From a virus: a stretch of 64,000 nt of DNA. How positions within the stretch are numbered: the stretch's first letter is position 1; each line of letters begins with the position of its first letter. Positions 41,497-52,073 of the stretch are shown in pieces. Both the position numbers and the translations under genes were made by a program. A model generated the notes under the pieces. The model ran no database searches. It saw only the letters and a list, made by a program, of their open reading frames with translations, and had not been told where the DNA came from. The DNA lies in IMG/VR virus record IMGVR_UViG_3300024346_000011; one strand, given 5' to 3'.

Positions 41497-42732
41497 TTAA
41501 AGTTTCAAGAAGATCTTGCGAGTAGCAGAATCAATTCTTATAACTTGTACTGTAATATTATCACCAACCTTTAGGGTTTTAATATCAATTGTTTCTGGTA
41601 ATTCAGATATGTGAAGAAGACCAGCTAGACCTTTTTCAACGTCAACAAATACACCATAGTCTTTTACTGACTTGATTAATCCAACAACTTCAGATGGAAC
41701 TTGAATACGCTCTTCAATGCCGTCCCATGGATCAATCTTAACTGGCGCGTCCAATTGGGTAAGAATGATCTTTTCATTTGTAACAATCTCTTTAATCTTG
41801 AAAGTTACATCATCACCTGGTTGAACTTCACGAGCCTTATGTCTCTTAGCAAGTTCTGGGCTAAGATCATTTACGTGGATCATACCTGTTAAACATCCAT
41901 TAAATTCAACGAATACTCCGTATTTAGCCGAACCAGTAACTTGACCTGTAATTTCTACTCCCAAGTTTTCTTTAAGAGCTTCAACCTGTGATGGGATCAT
42001 TGCTTTCAAGTATTCTCTATGGGATACAACAATTGTTCCACGCTGTTGTGAGAAGCTCATTGGCACAACATAAAGTGTTTGACCAACGATTGATTCAAAA
42101 TCAGCCAACTTATTGATACCTGCAAGTGAACCTGGCATGAAACATGCAACACCATTAATTACAACAATGTAACCTCCACCTGGAATCATTTCACTTACAA
42201 AACCTTCGTAAGCTGTGGTTCCTTTTTCAATTGCTTGCATTAATTCATCGATAATCGCTGTTTTAATACCAACAGAAACTGAACCTGTAACGTGAGATCT
42301 ATTAGAAGTCTCGCGGGTATCTGTAACCTGAACCTTTACTTTTTCTCCAGGTACTAACATCTTACGAATCCCTGCGTCTTCTTTAAGCATATTTACATAT
42401 ACCATCTCGCGGTAATTGATGTCGATTGATGCCCACTCTTGATTAACGCTATACACGGTTCCATCATAAATTTCACCTTTATTGATGTGCATAACTGAGT
42501 TAGCAACAGCATCAAAGCCTAGCATGAGGTTAAGAAGATCCTGAGCGTATGGCTCATGTGAATAGACCTTAATACCTTTAGGTGCTTTAATCTTAGTGTT
42601 AGGTTTGCGGAGTGTTTTTGGACAGGTAGCAATGTGTGCTTCCCAATCGAATTCGTCCATAGGGACATTTGCGTTTTCGAGCCTGTTTGAAGTTTTAAGC
42701 TCTTCTTGTACTAGAATTGTGTCTTCTGACAT
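41497..42732 (-). CDS. rpsA: ribosomal protein bS1-like (about 4 S1 domains)
   Basis: N-terminal EFDW as in Bacteroidota S1; repeated S1 motifs (YGVFVEF.G..GMIHVNDL; YGVFVDV..GLAGLLHISEL); IVVSHREYL. Confidence 0.85.
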   Translation of the reverse strand: MSEDTILVQEELKTSNRLENANVPMDEFDWEAHIATCPKTLRKPNTKIKAPKGIKVYSHEPYAQDLLNLMLGFDAVANSVMHINKGEIYDGTVYSVNQEWASIDINYREMVYVNMLKEDAGIRKMLVPGEKVKVQVTDTRETSNRSHVTGSVSVGIKTAIIDELMQAIEKGTTAYEGFVSEMIPGGGYIVVINGVACFMPGSLAGINKLADFESIVGQTLYVVPMSFSQQRGTIVVSHREYLKAMIPSQVEALKENLGVEITGQVTGSAKYGVFVEFNGCLTGMIHVNDLSPELAKRHKAREVQPGDDVTFKIKEIVTNEKIILTQLDAPVKIDPWDGIEERIQVPSEVVGLIKSVKDYGVFVDVEKGLAGLLHISELPETIDIKTLKVGDNITVQVIRIDSATRKIFLKL

Positions 42733-42801
42733 TTTTTTTTAAAATTAAAAAGGGTTAAACATAATAACATATTATATATCTAAATAATTTGGGAGATTTT
42801 C

Positions 42802-43956
42802 CTAAGCGCTAGGTCCCATTGCACCTTCACTGTAAGAATTTGGCTCAGTCGCTATATCCTTAGATTTTGTAAGTTGTTGAACAACAGAATTCAACCATTC
42901 ATCATATTTTAGAATAACGGTTGCATTTGCTGCTTTAAGATCTTTAGCCGCATTATTACTTGTTTCTCCTTGCTTAATAGCTTTATTAAGATCTTTTCTA
43001 TTATCTGAAGTTAATGGGAATACAAATATTTTAAATTCGTTACCTCGAGCAAGCTCTTCAACCTGCTTAGCATTCCATTTTTTACCTGCAAATGTATATG
43101 ACCATTCATTTTTAGCCTCTTCCAATTTACCTTGTAATTCAACATCAGTTGAAATTTCTTCTTCCTTCTTTTTAACTTGACCTAATATACCTTCTAATCC
43201 CTTTAAAGGAGCTGCAATAACTCCCATGAATTCTTCGTATGGTTTAGTTTTATCAATACCTAAATCTTCTGCAGTTGTCATAAAAAGTTTAAGAGTTATA
43301 AATACGCTGTCAATAGCTCTCTTAATCTTAGAGATTGTAATATAGATTTTTAAAGCTGTAGAGAATGGGTTTGGACCAACTGGGCCAATAACGTTTGGCA
43401 TTAAAGCCTCTGATAAAGATTTAGTAAATTCTTTAGGGATACTCATTAACTCTTTCTTTAAGCGAAATGCATTTGCCTTAAGCTCATCAAACTTTTTCTT
43501 AAGTTCCTTTTTAGATAATCCTTCAGTATATTCTTTAATTAATGCATCTTTTTGATTTTTTAAATCTTCTTTAAGTAATTCTTTTTCTTCGGGTGTTAAA
43601 TTTTGGCCCGTTAATTCTTTATATTGTTTATAATATTCCTCTAATACCTTTTCAAAGCCTAAAACCTTATCAATATACAACATAACAATATCTTCATACG
43701 CATATATTAAAAGGGTTGCGCCTAAATAAGTATCAACTGCGTTTGCAACGTATTCTGCATTGGTTGGACCAGGGTTATTATTTTGGCTTGATGTTGATGG
43801 GCTAGAATTTGTTTGAGGCGCTGGGTTAGATTGGCCAGCTTGTGTATTAAATCCACCGCCGCCGGCCCCTGAAGAAGATTCGCCAGACGCAACAGTTCCG
43901 CCAATACCATTACTCATTGGAACTCCTTTATTGATTGTATTTTTCGCGTCTGCCAT
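42802..43956 (-). CDS. hypothetical helical protein
   Basis: 384 aa with low-complexity N-terminus, directly after gp5. Confidence 0.55.
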   Translation of the reverse strand: MADAKNTINKGVPMSNGIGGTVASGESSSGAGGGGFNTQAGQSNPAPQTNSSPSTSSQNNNPGPTNAEYVANAVDTYLGATLLIYAYEDIVMLYIDKVLGFEKVLEEYYKQYKELTGQNLTPEEKELLKEDLKNQKDALIKEYTEGLSKKELKKKFDELKANAFRLKKELMSIPKEFTKSLSEALMPNVIGPVGPNPFSTALKIYITISKIKRAIDSVFITLKLFMTTAEDLGIDKTKPYEEFMGVIAAPLKGLEGILGQVKKKEEEISTDVELQGKLEEAKNEWSYTFAGKKWNAKQVEELARGNEFKIFVFPLTSDNRKDLNKAIKQGETSNNAAKDLKAANATVILKYDEWLNSVVQQLTKSKDIATEPNSYSEGAMGPSA

Positions 43957-43957
43957 A

Positions 43958-44626
43958 TTATCCTTGTTTAATGTTATTTAATCTAGATTTTAATAATGTC
44001 ATATCTAATTTAAAATTAGGAGACATTGGGCCAACACCAGATACGTGAACGTGATTATTAATAGTATCAACAATTTTTTCTAAGTAACCTGTTAAAGTTT
44101 CACCTTTAACTGCTGGCTCGCTTTCATCATTATTTGACGAAGCAATATAAATTTTACTTGAATGTAAATAGATCTTACCGTCATTTGAGAAACGAATTGC
44201 TGGCGCAGCATCTTTATCATTACCAGTTGCCATAGTTAAACCATCCTCCGGGCTCCACCAGATCCTTACATTTCTTTCAGCGTCATATACTAATGAAACC
44301 ACATCTTGTGGTGCTGAGGATGAATCTAATACATCCCCTTTTAAATCTTTATTCTGATTAACTTGAAACCAATACTCTGGGTGATAAATGTTACCATTGT
44401 CAAAGCGAATCGCAACAATATCCCCGATTCTTGGGATTGAATGTGCCCCAACATGATCACGATTCATTGGAGTTGCCCATGGAATTGCGTCATTAGTTAA
44501 ATTATCAAATTTACCATACACCTTTACACGACATCTTCCAAAGTTAGAAGGGTCTTGATTATCAACAACCTCCCCTAACCAATGTGTGTCTCTAATATTA
44601 TCTTTGTAAAGGTCTCTATTATTCAT
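43958..44626 (-). CDS. baseplate central spike gp5/VgrG-like (OB domain, no lysozyme)
   Basis: WLGEVVDNQDP..GRCRVKVYG..IPWA..P.IGD.V; C-terminal NNHVH metal-binding tip. Confidence 0.88.
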   Translation of the reverse strand: MNNRDLYKDNIRDTHWLGEVVDNQDPSNFGRCRVKVYGKFDNLTNDAIPWATPMNRDHVGAHSIPRIGDIVAIRFDNGNIYHPEYWFQVNQNKDLKGDVLDSSSAPQDVVSLVYDAERNVRIWWSPEDGLTMATGNDKDAAPAIRFSNDGKIYLHSSKIYIASSNNDESEPAVKGETLTGYLEKIVDTINNHVHVSGVGPMSPNFKLDMTLLKSRLNNIKQG

Positions 44627-45750
44627 TATCCATATACGTTACCAAGAGATCTAACCGCAGCATCATCTAGGTTTCGACGAATTGCCGCGCTAGCTTCAAA
44701 TCCATATACGTTTTCCTGCACTGCTACTCCAAGATTTCTTGTTTGTTGATTTATATCTGTTTGTTGATCTATTTTATTAATAAAATTTTTAAATACATTT
44801 TCTGGATTTTGTATTTTATTAAGTGTTCGATCTCTAACATATTGTTCAATTTCAAGTTGCTTTTCTTTTGACAGTCTCTTCATGTCATTCGCGAGTCCTT
44901 TTGCTATATTCTCAACGCCTTCTTGAATCTTTGATTTTAATTTACCTTTAGAATTTTCAAGTTCAATTGGAGGAGCCGGCGAAATTTTATCATCATTATA
45001 TGTTGTATTAACAATACCATTTAATGCTCGAGCTTCAACTCTATTTACGATATCATATTTAATACCAATTTCGTTGCCAACTGGTGCATCTGGGTTCTTT
45101 GATAGATCCGCAAATGGCGTAGTACCGCCTTGAATATCAAACTCACAAGAACCTAATGAAACCATAAGGTAAGGTTTATTCTCCTCTCCGGTTAATGGCG
45201 CAACTGGCTTAGCACCAGCTATTAAAGAAACCCCACCTTCATCATAATTTCTAACAGCTCTAATTTCAGTAACATATACATACATTCTGAATTGTCTTAA
45301 ATTCTTAGGTAAGATCCATCCCCACTTATTTTCGTCAAATGCAGCTCTACGATATAGTTGCATTAAACCAGTAATTGCTAAGTTAATAGATTCTAAAGTT
45401 GAAATGGTCAAAACTGCTTCGTCTCCACCTCTAAAAGGATTCCCAGTGTCATACTTTAGAATTCTATCTAATCCACCTAAACCTTGCCAATACCAAGGTG
45501 CTCTATTATTAATAGTCTTAAGTGCTTGTATAAAGTTCTGTAGATCTTCTTTACGTTCTTCGTAGAACTTACCGCCACCTTGGCTAATTAATTTATCATA
45601 ATATGCAGTAGCTCCACCTGCGAGTAAGGGTGAATTGACCTTATCTGTAAAGTCAAACATTAAGACAAACGACAAATAGGTTGGATCCTGATATGGCAGG
45701 GTAGCCAACTTGCCTTTTCTAAAATCTGCTGTATTTCCAAAATCTGACAT
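44626..45750 (-). CDS. baseplate/tail tube-like protein
   Basis: 374 aa between hub and spike genes. Confidence 0.45.
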   Translation of the reverse strand: MSDFGNTADFRKGKLATLPYQDPTYLSFVLMFDFTDKVNSPLLAGGATAYYDKLISQGGGKFYEERKEDLQNFIQALKTINNRAPWYWQGLGGLDRILKYDTGNPFRGGDEAVLTISTLESINLAITGLMQLYRRAAFDENKWGWILPKNLRQFRMYVYVTEIRAVRNYDEGGVSLIAGAKPVAPLTGEENKPYLMVSLGSCEFDIQGGTTPFADLSKNPDAPVGNEIGIKYDIVNRVEARALNGIVNTTYNDDKISPAPPIELENSKGKLKSKIQEGVENIAKGLANDMKRLSKEKQLEIEQYVRDRTLNKIQNPENVFKNFINKIDQQTDINQQTRNLGVAVQENVYGFEASAAIRRNLDDAAVRSLGNVYG

Positions 45751-45757
45751 ATATTAT

Positions 45758-47230
45758 TTATCCAATATTATTTAGACGGCTTGGCCATTCTCTTCGATAA
45801 AGAGTCAGAGTTTGAGCAATTTTACCCGTATTCTTTTTATATGTATATTTAATACCTCCAACCACATAGAACCCGCTTAAAAAATCATCGATTGTAACAG
45901 ACGTGCTAGGGCCATTATCATTTGAAGTTTCAGTAGCCTCAAATCCTTTGTCCTCTTTCTTACTCTTTAATTGATTATCTGCTTGAATTCTTTTTTGAGT
46001 TTCATTGAAAATAAGAATTGGAAGCTTTTGATATCTATGTATTGCTGGATTAAATCCTTCTAATTGAACTTCTAAAATCATCTTTTGAAGTTCATCATTG
46101 TTTTGTTTATTATGAATCCTTGCAAAGTTATGGTTGATATGAGTATTGGAAGTAGCTGGGTCAACATCAATTCTACCCATGTACTTTGTTTTTACTTCCT
46201 GTTTATATCTCTCTTCATCTCTACGACCCTTTAATGGTTCTTCAATATCTTTTAAACTCTTTGAAGAAAGTGGCTCCTGATCAAAGCTAACCAGCTTCTC
46301 GTTTGAATCATTTTCAAAATATTGTAGAGTCTTTTTATATCCATTTAATTTTGCAAAGGCACCTGATCTATTAATTAAAGCATATTTTTCAATATGCGTA
46401 TTTAAGCCTCTAGCATTAGAATGTGATGTTAAAACAAGAGCTCCTTCAGATTCATTAGCATCTTTATCAATACCTTTAACGTCTGTAACATTTTGAGAAA
46501 AGTTAACTTTAATAGTTTCAAAATCTTCTTCAGAATTAATTAGATGATTTATGTTAACATAGTTTAAATAGTAATATGGATCAATTGAAAATGTCTGAAA
46601 AGATTCATCATTAATATATGAGTGTTCAACCCTTTTTTGAATTGAATCCATAATTGAATCATTTGCAATAAGCATATTCATACTATCATCAGCCGCATCA
46701 ATATTTGTTGCAAATCCTAAACCAAGATCTTGAGCAATAGATTGTAATTGATTTAATGAAGTATCTTTAGGATAACTTTTACAAACCTCTGCATATAGAG
46801 ATGGCACCTTCATAGTTCCAGTAAATACAAATTTACTAGCAAGTCCGCTAGTTAATGTTGTTTGAGCTGGAGTTTGAACATCATCAATATCAAAGTCAAT
46901 TCTTAAATCTTTATAAACATCCTTTTGTCGAGCAGCAATTCTTAAAGATAACACATCACCATCTCGCGGAAATGCATCAACACTAAAAAATGCTTGATTA
47001 TCTACTAGAGAAACTTTAATAATTGGAATAGCTCCAGTTGAATCGATTTCCAATGTTTGAATGTCAGCATCGCCAAATGAATAACCATTGATAATCACTA
47101 ATGGTTTTTCTGCCCCTAAACCATCACTAATATTTGATTTACCTTCTTCCTCTTTGAATGACTCGAAAGTATATTCGTCAAGTTTAATAGAAGGCTCAAT
47201 AATCGTAAGTATGTGATTACTTAATGCCAT
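45758..47230 (-). CDS. baseplate hub gp27-like
   Basis: Position between gp53 and gp5; C-terminal LSGFYVV..IKY.Y...QTLTLYR. Confidence 0.65.
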   Translation of the reverse strand: MALSNHILTIIEPSIKLDEYTFESFKEEEGKSNISDGLGAEKPLVIINGYSFGDADIQTLEIDSTGAIPIIKVSLVDNQAFFSVDAFPRDGDVLSLRIAARQKDVYKDLRIDFDIDDVQTPAQTTLTSGLASKFVFTGTMKVPSLYAEVCKSYPKDTSLNQLQSIAQDLGLGFATNIDAADDSMNMLIANDSIMDSIQKRVEHSYINDESFQTFSIDPYYYLNYVNINHLINSEEDFETIKVNFSQNVTDVKGIDKDANESEGALVLTSHSNARGLNTHIEKYALINRSGAFAKLNGYKKTLQYFENDSNEKLVSFDQEPLSSKSLKDIEEPLKGRRDEERYKQEVKTKYMGRIDVDPATSNTHINHNFARIHNKQNNDELQKMILEVQLEGFNPAIHRYQKLPILIFNETQKRIQADNQLKSKKEDKGFEATETSNDNGPSTSVTIDDFLSGFYVVGGIKYTYKKNTGKIAQTLTLYRREWPSRLNNIG

Positions 47231-47232
47231 TG

Positions 47233-47730
47233 TTAAATTGTAATTTTACCGTTACTAATATCTATATTCTTTTCACCTGGTTTTAAAACGTTAGGTGGTA
47301 AAGGTTGTGATGATCCATTTTTAAGTTGGGCAGCTTTTCTTTGTAAATATTCAACCCTAGCCGCGTCCTTTTTAGATAATCTTTTAGTGTCTATAAATTG
47401 ACCTCTAATATTATCAATTTCTACTTCAATATCTGAAATTTCTTTTATTCTATCCCACTTCTTAAAATTAGTATCCATTGATGGGATTAAAATAATATCA
47501 CCCTCATTGATAGAAAAAGGGTTAGAAATATTATTAAATTTTAGAATAAGATCTGATAAATTGTCGCCATTATAATATTTACGAGAAATCATATCAATCC
47601 TACCGATTTCGTCAATCGTGACAACGTGTCTAGCAATTAACTTTACTTGATCACCAAATAAAATATATGGCTCAGTCATTCTAAGCTTGCCATTTTTTAT
47701 TTGTTTATTATCAATATTTCTAAAATCCAT
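47233..47730 (-). CDS. baseplate wedge gp53-like LysM protein
   Basis: GRIDMISRKYY..LILKFNNISNPFSINEGDIILIP. Confidence 0.85.
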   Translation of the reverse strand: MDFRNIDNKQIKNGKLRMTEPYILFGDQVKLIARHVVTIDEIGRIDMISRKYYNGDNLSDLILKFNNISNPFSINEGDIILIPSMDTNFKKWDRIKEISDIEVEIDNIRGQFIDTKRLSKKDAARVEYLQRKAAQLKNGSSQPLPPNVLKPGEKNIDISNGKITI

Positions 47731-47732
47731 GA

Positions 47733-49526
47733 TTAACCGTTTGCAATTTTTCTAAATGTATTTGTAAATTCATTGGCTTTACGATCCTTATTACCGTATG
47801 CGCTAACATCTAATGTATTGTTTACATCAACACCATCTTTAGGAGAAACATAGAACCTTCCTCTACCTGAGTTAAACATTGATTCAATTTCAGCCTTATC
47901 TCTTGGTCTACCTGGTTTTAATTTAATTGTAACAACCATTCTTTCTGGAAAATCTTCAGGTCCCATGTTGCCTTCAAATGCAACATCAGTCCCTGTACAT
48001 GCTAAGTTACCTAATACCATAATTGGATTTAATGGATTACCAATTGTTACGTGCCATTGGCCGGTTGGATCTCCAGTTAATAATGAGTTAACCGCTTGTC
48101 CACCTGCTGGCGAATTAAACATTTCCATTAACGATCCACCCAACATACCACCTAAAGCTTTACCAGCATTACCAACAATATTTTTAAATTGATCCATAAG
48201 ACCGCCGGATCCACCTCCTAAATCTGTAACAACTGATTTTAAGAAGCTTCCATAATCTCCATTACGAATATGCTCAAGATTGCCTAAAGGTCTAGTGACT
48301 GATCCATCACCAATATATCGAACTGAACCACCCCAGAACGGAGCATTATTTGAAGTTAAAACAAGAATATTTGCTAATTGATCCAGCATCAAAAGTTTTG
48401 GATTAGCTCCACCAAGTTCTCTTAATTCATATTCAAATTTAAGTGTAAATTCTTGTTCAAATGTCAAACCTTGATCCCTCATATAAACCTCTTTAATAAC
48501 GTTTAATGGACCAAATACGTGGTTAGGATACGTATTACTAAATGAATCATAGCCAGAATTGGCTCTTTGGCTCTGTAAACTTACTGCGTCTCCACCTTGT
48601 GCAGCATTTGCAAAGTTTCTTAAGAAAGAATTGCTCTCAACAAGATTACCAAATGAACCTGCAGATTCTCCCTTCTTAGATTGAATCTCTTGAACCGCAG
48701 CTTCAGCATTCTTCCAATTAAAACCATGTGAAAACTTTAAAATATCGGTCATATTATTACCGCTTTGTTCGCCAAGCCAAGTAATTGCTCTGGCGAGATC
48801 AGGTTGAGGCGTTGTTTGACCATCAACCCCCTTCGGTGAAATAATATCATCAGGGCATGGGAATGCAAATCTACGAACCGTAATCATCATGTTATTTGGA
48901 ATCTTACCAAAGAATCTAGTTAATGCAAAATCAGAATAATCATATCTATAACCGACGTTACCTTCTATTCCGCTAGTGATCTCAATGATTTGAGAAGCTG
49001 TTGGATTTTTAATAGCAGATGGTGATAGTTGATTATATGATTTAGATTCACCGCCGGTCTCTGGAAAGAGAGGAGTACCTTGATAATTAACTAAAGAATA
49101 TTTGTTAAAAACTGAATATGGTCTTGGGCCTTGTGTAGTTGTCGCCTTTGAGCTACCTTCTGGTAATTTAAATTCTTCAGATTCTACAATCTGATTATAA
49201 AATATACTAGCGTCATCAGACACTGTAGTTTCTGTTAATTGTGGAGGGTTTGCAGATGCGTTTGCATCTATATCAATCTGAGCAAATGCAGTTAATTTAT
49301 TACCTGTTCTATGTGCAGCCCAACCTTTTTCAAAAGAAGTTGTCACATTATCTGGTGAAGACCCTGAGAAATAGTTAACAGGATCATTTAAAAAGCTACC
49401 AAGCGCATCACCAGAGTCAACACCCTGGTCCGATATTTTTTTAACACCGTCGTCTAATGAACTACCCAATTCATCTAGATGAATATTGGAAGTAATTTGA
49501 TTTAAAGAAAAAGTATCTAATCCCAT
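47733..49526 (-). CDS. baseplate tail-tube cap/initiator (gp48/gp54-like)
   Basis: QEFTLKFEY, NLAC..TDV.FEG..FP..MVVTIKL tube-like C-terminus; upstream of gp53. Confidence 0.5.
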   Translation of the reverse strand: MGLDTFSLNQITSNIHLDELGSSLDDGVKKISDQGVDSGDALGSFLNDPVNYFSGSSPDNVTTSFEKGWAAHRTGNKLTAFAQIDIDANASANPPQLTETTVSDDASIFYNQIVESEEFKLPEGSSKATTTQGPRPYSVFNKYSLVNYQGTPLFPETGGESKSYNQLSPSAIKNPTASQIIEITSGIEGNVGYRYDYSDFALTRFFGKIPNNMMITVRRFAFPCPDDIISPKGVDGQTTPQPDLARAITWLGEQSGNNMTDILKFSHGFNWKNAEAAVQEIQSKKGESAGSFGNLVESNSFLRNFANAAQGGDAVSLQSQRANSGYDSFSNTYPNHVFGPLNVIKEVYMRDQGLTFEQEFTLKFEYELRELGGANPKLLMLDQLANILVLTSNNAPFWGGSVRYIGDGSVTRPLGNLEHIRNGDYGSFLKSVVTDLGGGSGGLMDQFKNIVGNAGKALGGMLGGSLMEMFNSPAGGQAVNSLLTGDPTGQWHVTIGNPLNPIMVLGNLACTGTDVAFEGNMGPEDFPERMVVTIKLKPGRPRDKAEIESMFNSGRGRFYVSPKDGVDVNNTLDVSAYGNKDRKANEFTNTFRKIANG

Positions 49527-49572
49527 TAATATATAGTAGCTGTTTTTATCCTACTATATATATTCGATTAAT

Positions 49573-50163
49573 TTACATATTTAAATTATCGTAATCTGGC
49601 CCGTTAGGACGATATAAAAGTTTATCGAAATAGTCCTTTTGATTAGGAACTCTATCTCCTAAGAACTTTTTGATGTGTGCTTCAAAGACTCCTCGAGTTT
49701 CATAGTAATATTTGCCATCTTTATATACTTGGCGAGTTGACATCTCATATAGCTCCCGTAGATTCTTTTCAACTAAAAAGTCTTGAATGCTATTGTACAA
49801 ATCCATCACTTGATTTAACGTTTTTGTACACATAACCGAATCAACCGTGATTAGATATGTTTCAGCATTTGCTTCTAAGTGTTCTTGTAATTCATTCTTT
49901 GTAGAGAATTGAGAGCGCTTAAATCTAAATTTAGTATTAGCACCATTAAAGTTTTTTTCAAAGTTTGTGTCAAAGAAATACCTTTTTAAGAATGATAGAT
50001 CATCATAAAATCTAACAATTCTAATCTGATATTTAGGCATTTTTTCGTCAAACTTAACATCATAGATAATTGCGCGAACTGGAAATAACACATTCGTAAA
50101 AGAAGTGTTAGAGATTAGGGCGTGGATATATTCACCTTTACTAAATAATCTGTGTTTAATCAT
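49573..50163 (-). CDS. hypothetical protein
   Basis: Likely start ATG 50163 (MIKHRLF). Confidence 0.6.
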   Translation of the reverse strand: MIKHRLFSKGEYIHALISNTSFTNVLFPVRAIIYDVKFDEKMPKYQIRIVRFYDDLSFLKRYFFDTNFEKNFNGANTKFRFKRSQFSTKNELQEHLEANAETYLITVDSVMCTKTLNQVMDLYNSIQDFLVEKNLRELYEMSTRQVYKDGKYYYETRGVFEAHIKKFLGDRVPNQKDYFDKLLYRPNGPDYDNLNM

Positions 50164-50563
50164 TGTCAATAAACTTAACGCAATCAAACTTATTAAGAAT
50201 AACTCTAGATGGTGTTCTTTCCATCTTTAATACATTTAATGCAAGAGTATAGGATTCTTCAGTATTTGACTCGATTAACTCTCTAAAGTTAGAAACCGTG
50301 TCAGTCGATAAATTTTTGAATGTATATACGATGGTTGTTGGGGTCTGCTTCTCTTCAGAAAAAATAGATCTAACTGTGTTAATAATATGAAGAGCTATTA
50401 TAGAATCGTTTGGTTCTGCCTTATACGGGTCCGCTTTGATTAATTTATTTTTAATATTTAAATAATCAATTATGACAAGGCTTGGATCCTCAATAGATTT
50501 AATAAATTTATTGAAGTCCCTTTTAGATTTGTACCAAACGCATTCTATAATAAACTTATTCAT
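50156..50563 (-). CDS. hypothetical protein
   Basis: 135 aa, overlapping coupling with neighbours. Confidence 0.6.
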   Translation of the reverse strand: MNKFIIECVWYKSKRDFNKFIKSIEDPSLVIIDYLNIKNKLIKADPYKAEPNDSIIALHIINTVRSIFSEEKQTPTTIVYTFKNLSTDTVSNFRELIESNTEESYTLALNVLKMERTPSRVILNKFDCVKFIDND

Positions 50564-50870
50564 CTTTAGGTGGCATCAGTCCTTGTAATTCGGACTTCAG
50601 CTCTTCAATCTTATTTTTAATCTGCTCTGGCGTAGGTTGGTAATCTTCTCCCCAACCTTCGTTGATTTGGATTTGAGAGCTCGACCTTGAATTGCCGAGC
50701 TCTAATCCGATATCTATACACAAATCATAGATGAATTCAATCTTCTTTTGATTTGTTGCAAATTCATACACCACAGTAGATTCATAAGACTCGCCAGCCC
50801 CATTGATATTGTCATCATTAATGGTTTTAATAATACCATTATCGGCGATTTGTAGTGTAACTATTTGCAT
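50556..50870 (-). CDS. hypothetical protein
   Basis: 104 aa ORF in the operon. Confidence 0.6.
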   Translation of the reverse strand: MQIVTLQIADNGIIKTINDDNINGAGESYESTVVYEFATNQKKIEFIYDLCIDIGLELGNSRSSSQIQINEGWGEDYQPTPEQIKNKIEELKSELQGLMPPKDE

Positions 50871-50874
50871 AATA

Positions 50875-51261
50875 TTAAGCTCGTGCTTTGCGCATTTCTT
50901 GCGCTTGTTTTGTTAATTGACGAGATTGTTTTTTATCTAATTTGCGCTGAGCAGGGTCTGAATCTTTTACAGTAGTAAGTGACCATGCTTCTTCAAGAAG
51001 AGCGATTTCTTCTGTGTTGTAACCCATGTTTGACCAGGTTTCTTTCATTGCCTTTAACTTAGATTCCAATTGCTCTTCAATTTGATCCATTGTACGCTTT
51101 TGATATGCTTCATGCATCATCTTTCCATCTTCACTCATTTTAGCATACCACGAAAGAGCCTGTGGAGAAAAACGGCTGAACATGTTTTTAATCTTTAAGA
51201 AGTTAGCGCTACGAAATTGAGATCTGCGATTACGGCGCGACATTGTTGTATTCTTACTCAT
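50875..51261 (-). CDS. hypothetical basic helical protein
   Basis: 128 aa; Arg-rich N-terminus SRRNRR. Confidence 0.6.
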   Translation of the reverse strand: MSKNTTMSRRNRRSQFRSANFLKIKNMFSRFSPQALSWYAKMSEDGKMMHEAYQKRTMDQIEEQLESKLKAMKETWSNMGYNTEEIALLEEAWSLTTVKDSDPAQRKLDKKQSRQLTKQAQEMRKARA

Positions 51262-51307
51262 GTTGTTTTAAATTAATTGTTAACTTTTTATTTATCCTAT
51301 TTAGTTT

Positions 51308-51910
51308 TTAACTGTAATATTCACGTAAATAATCCGTGATGTTGCTTTTAATATAATCTTGAAGCTTATCCATTTCAATTTGAGAAAGTGCAACTTCCAT
51401 AATCTCATCATTAAGATCCTGTTCTTCCATACCTTCTGATAACATTGCATGAAGCGCTGGAGTTGGAATATTAAGATTGATTTTAATAGGAATAGTTACA
51501 AGATTCTTTTTACTCATCTTCATAATCATCTTACCCATAACAGAAGGTTCTTTAGCGACTGTCGGTTGTTGAATGATTACAGCATCTGAAGAGTTTGTTG
51601 CAACTGTATTTGTTTGATCTTGAATAGGACCAGTTTGCAGAATTTCACTGGTCAATTTAGATGAAATTTTGTCAGCCCCAGGAAGTGGTACTCTACCGTC
51701 TTTAATTTCTTCTAAAAATTCTGATTGAATATTTTTAAAGATTCTAGTGCCATCGGTAAAATATAGAAATTCAGCATCAGTAGATTGTAACTCGACAATC
51801 TTACCAAAGTTATCCCCTTTTTTCCATTGATACCTTTTTAATTTTTGATCAGCCATAACTTCCGACATAACATTTGATTTATTTTTATTGAATAATTCTA
51901 GAATCTTCAT
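51308..51910 (-). CDS. hypothetical protein
   Basis: Likely start ATG 51910 (MKILELF) or a later Met. Confidence 0.6.
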   Translation of the reverse strand: MKILELFNKNKSNVMSEVMADQKLKRYQWKKGDNFGKIVELQSTDAEFLYFTDGTRIFKNIQSEFLEEIKDGRVPLPGADKISSKLTSEILQTGPIQDQTNTVATNSSDAVIIQQPTVAKEPSVMGKMIMKMSKKNLVTIPIKINLNIPTPALHAMLSEGMEEQDLNDEIMEVALSQIEMDKLQDYIKSNITDYLREYYS

Positions 51911-52073
51911 ATCCCTTTTGAAACTGTTCAACAAACTCAAAACTTTCAGTTGGGCCAATAACTGCATCAGGTGATTCTATATAAATTTTGTAAAATAGAT
52001 CTGGGCCTAATCGATCTAATGTCTCTTGTAGTTTTTCAACTTCTGGTAAATATCTCTTGTTAAATCCCATCAT
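51885..52073 (-). CDS. hypothetical protein
   Basis: 62 aa, MGFNKRYLP start. Confidence 0.55.
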   Translation of the reverse strand: MMGFNKRYLPEVEKLQETLDRLGPDLFYKIYIESPDAVIGPTESFEFVEQFQKGYEDSRIIQ

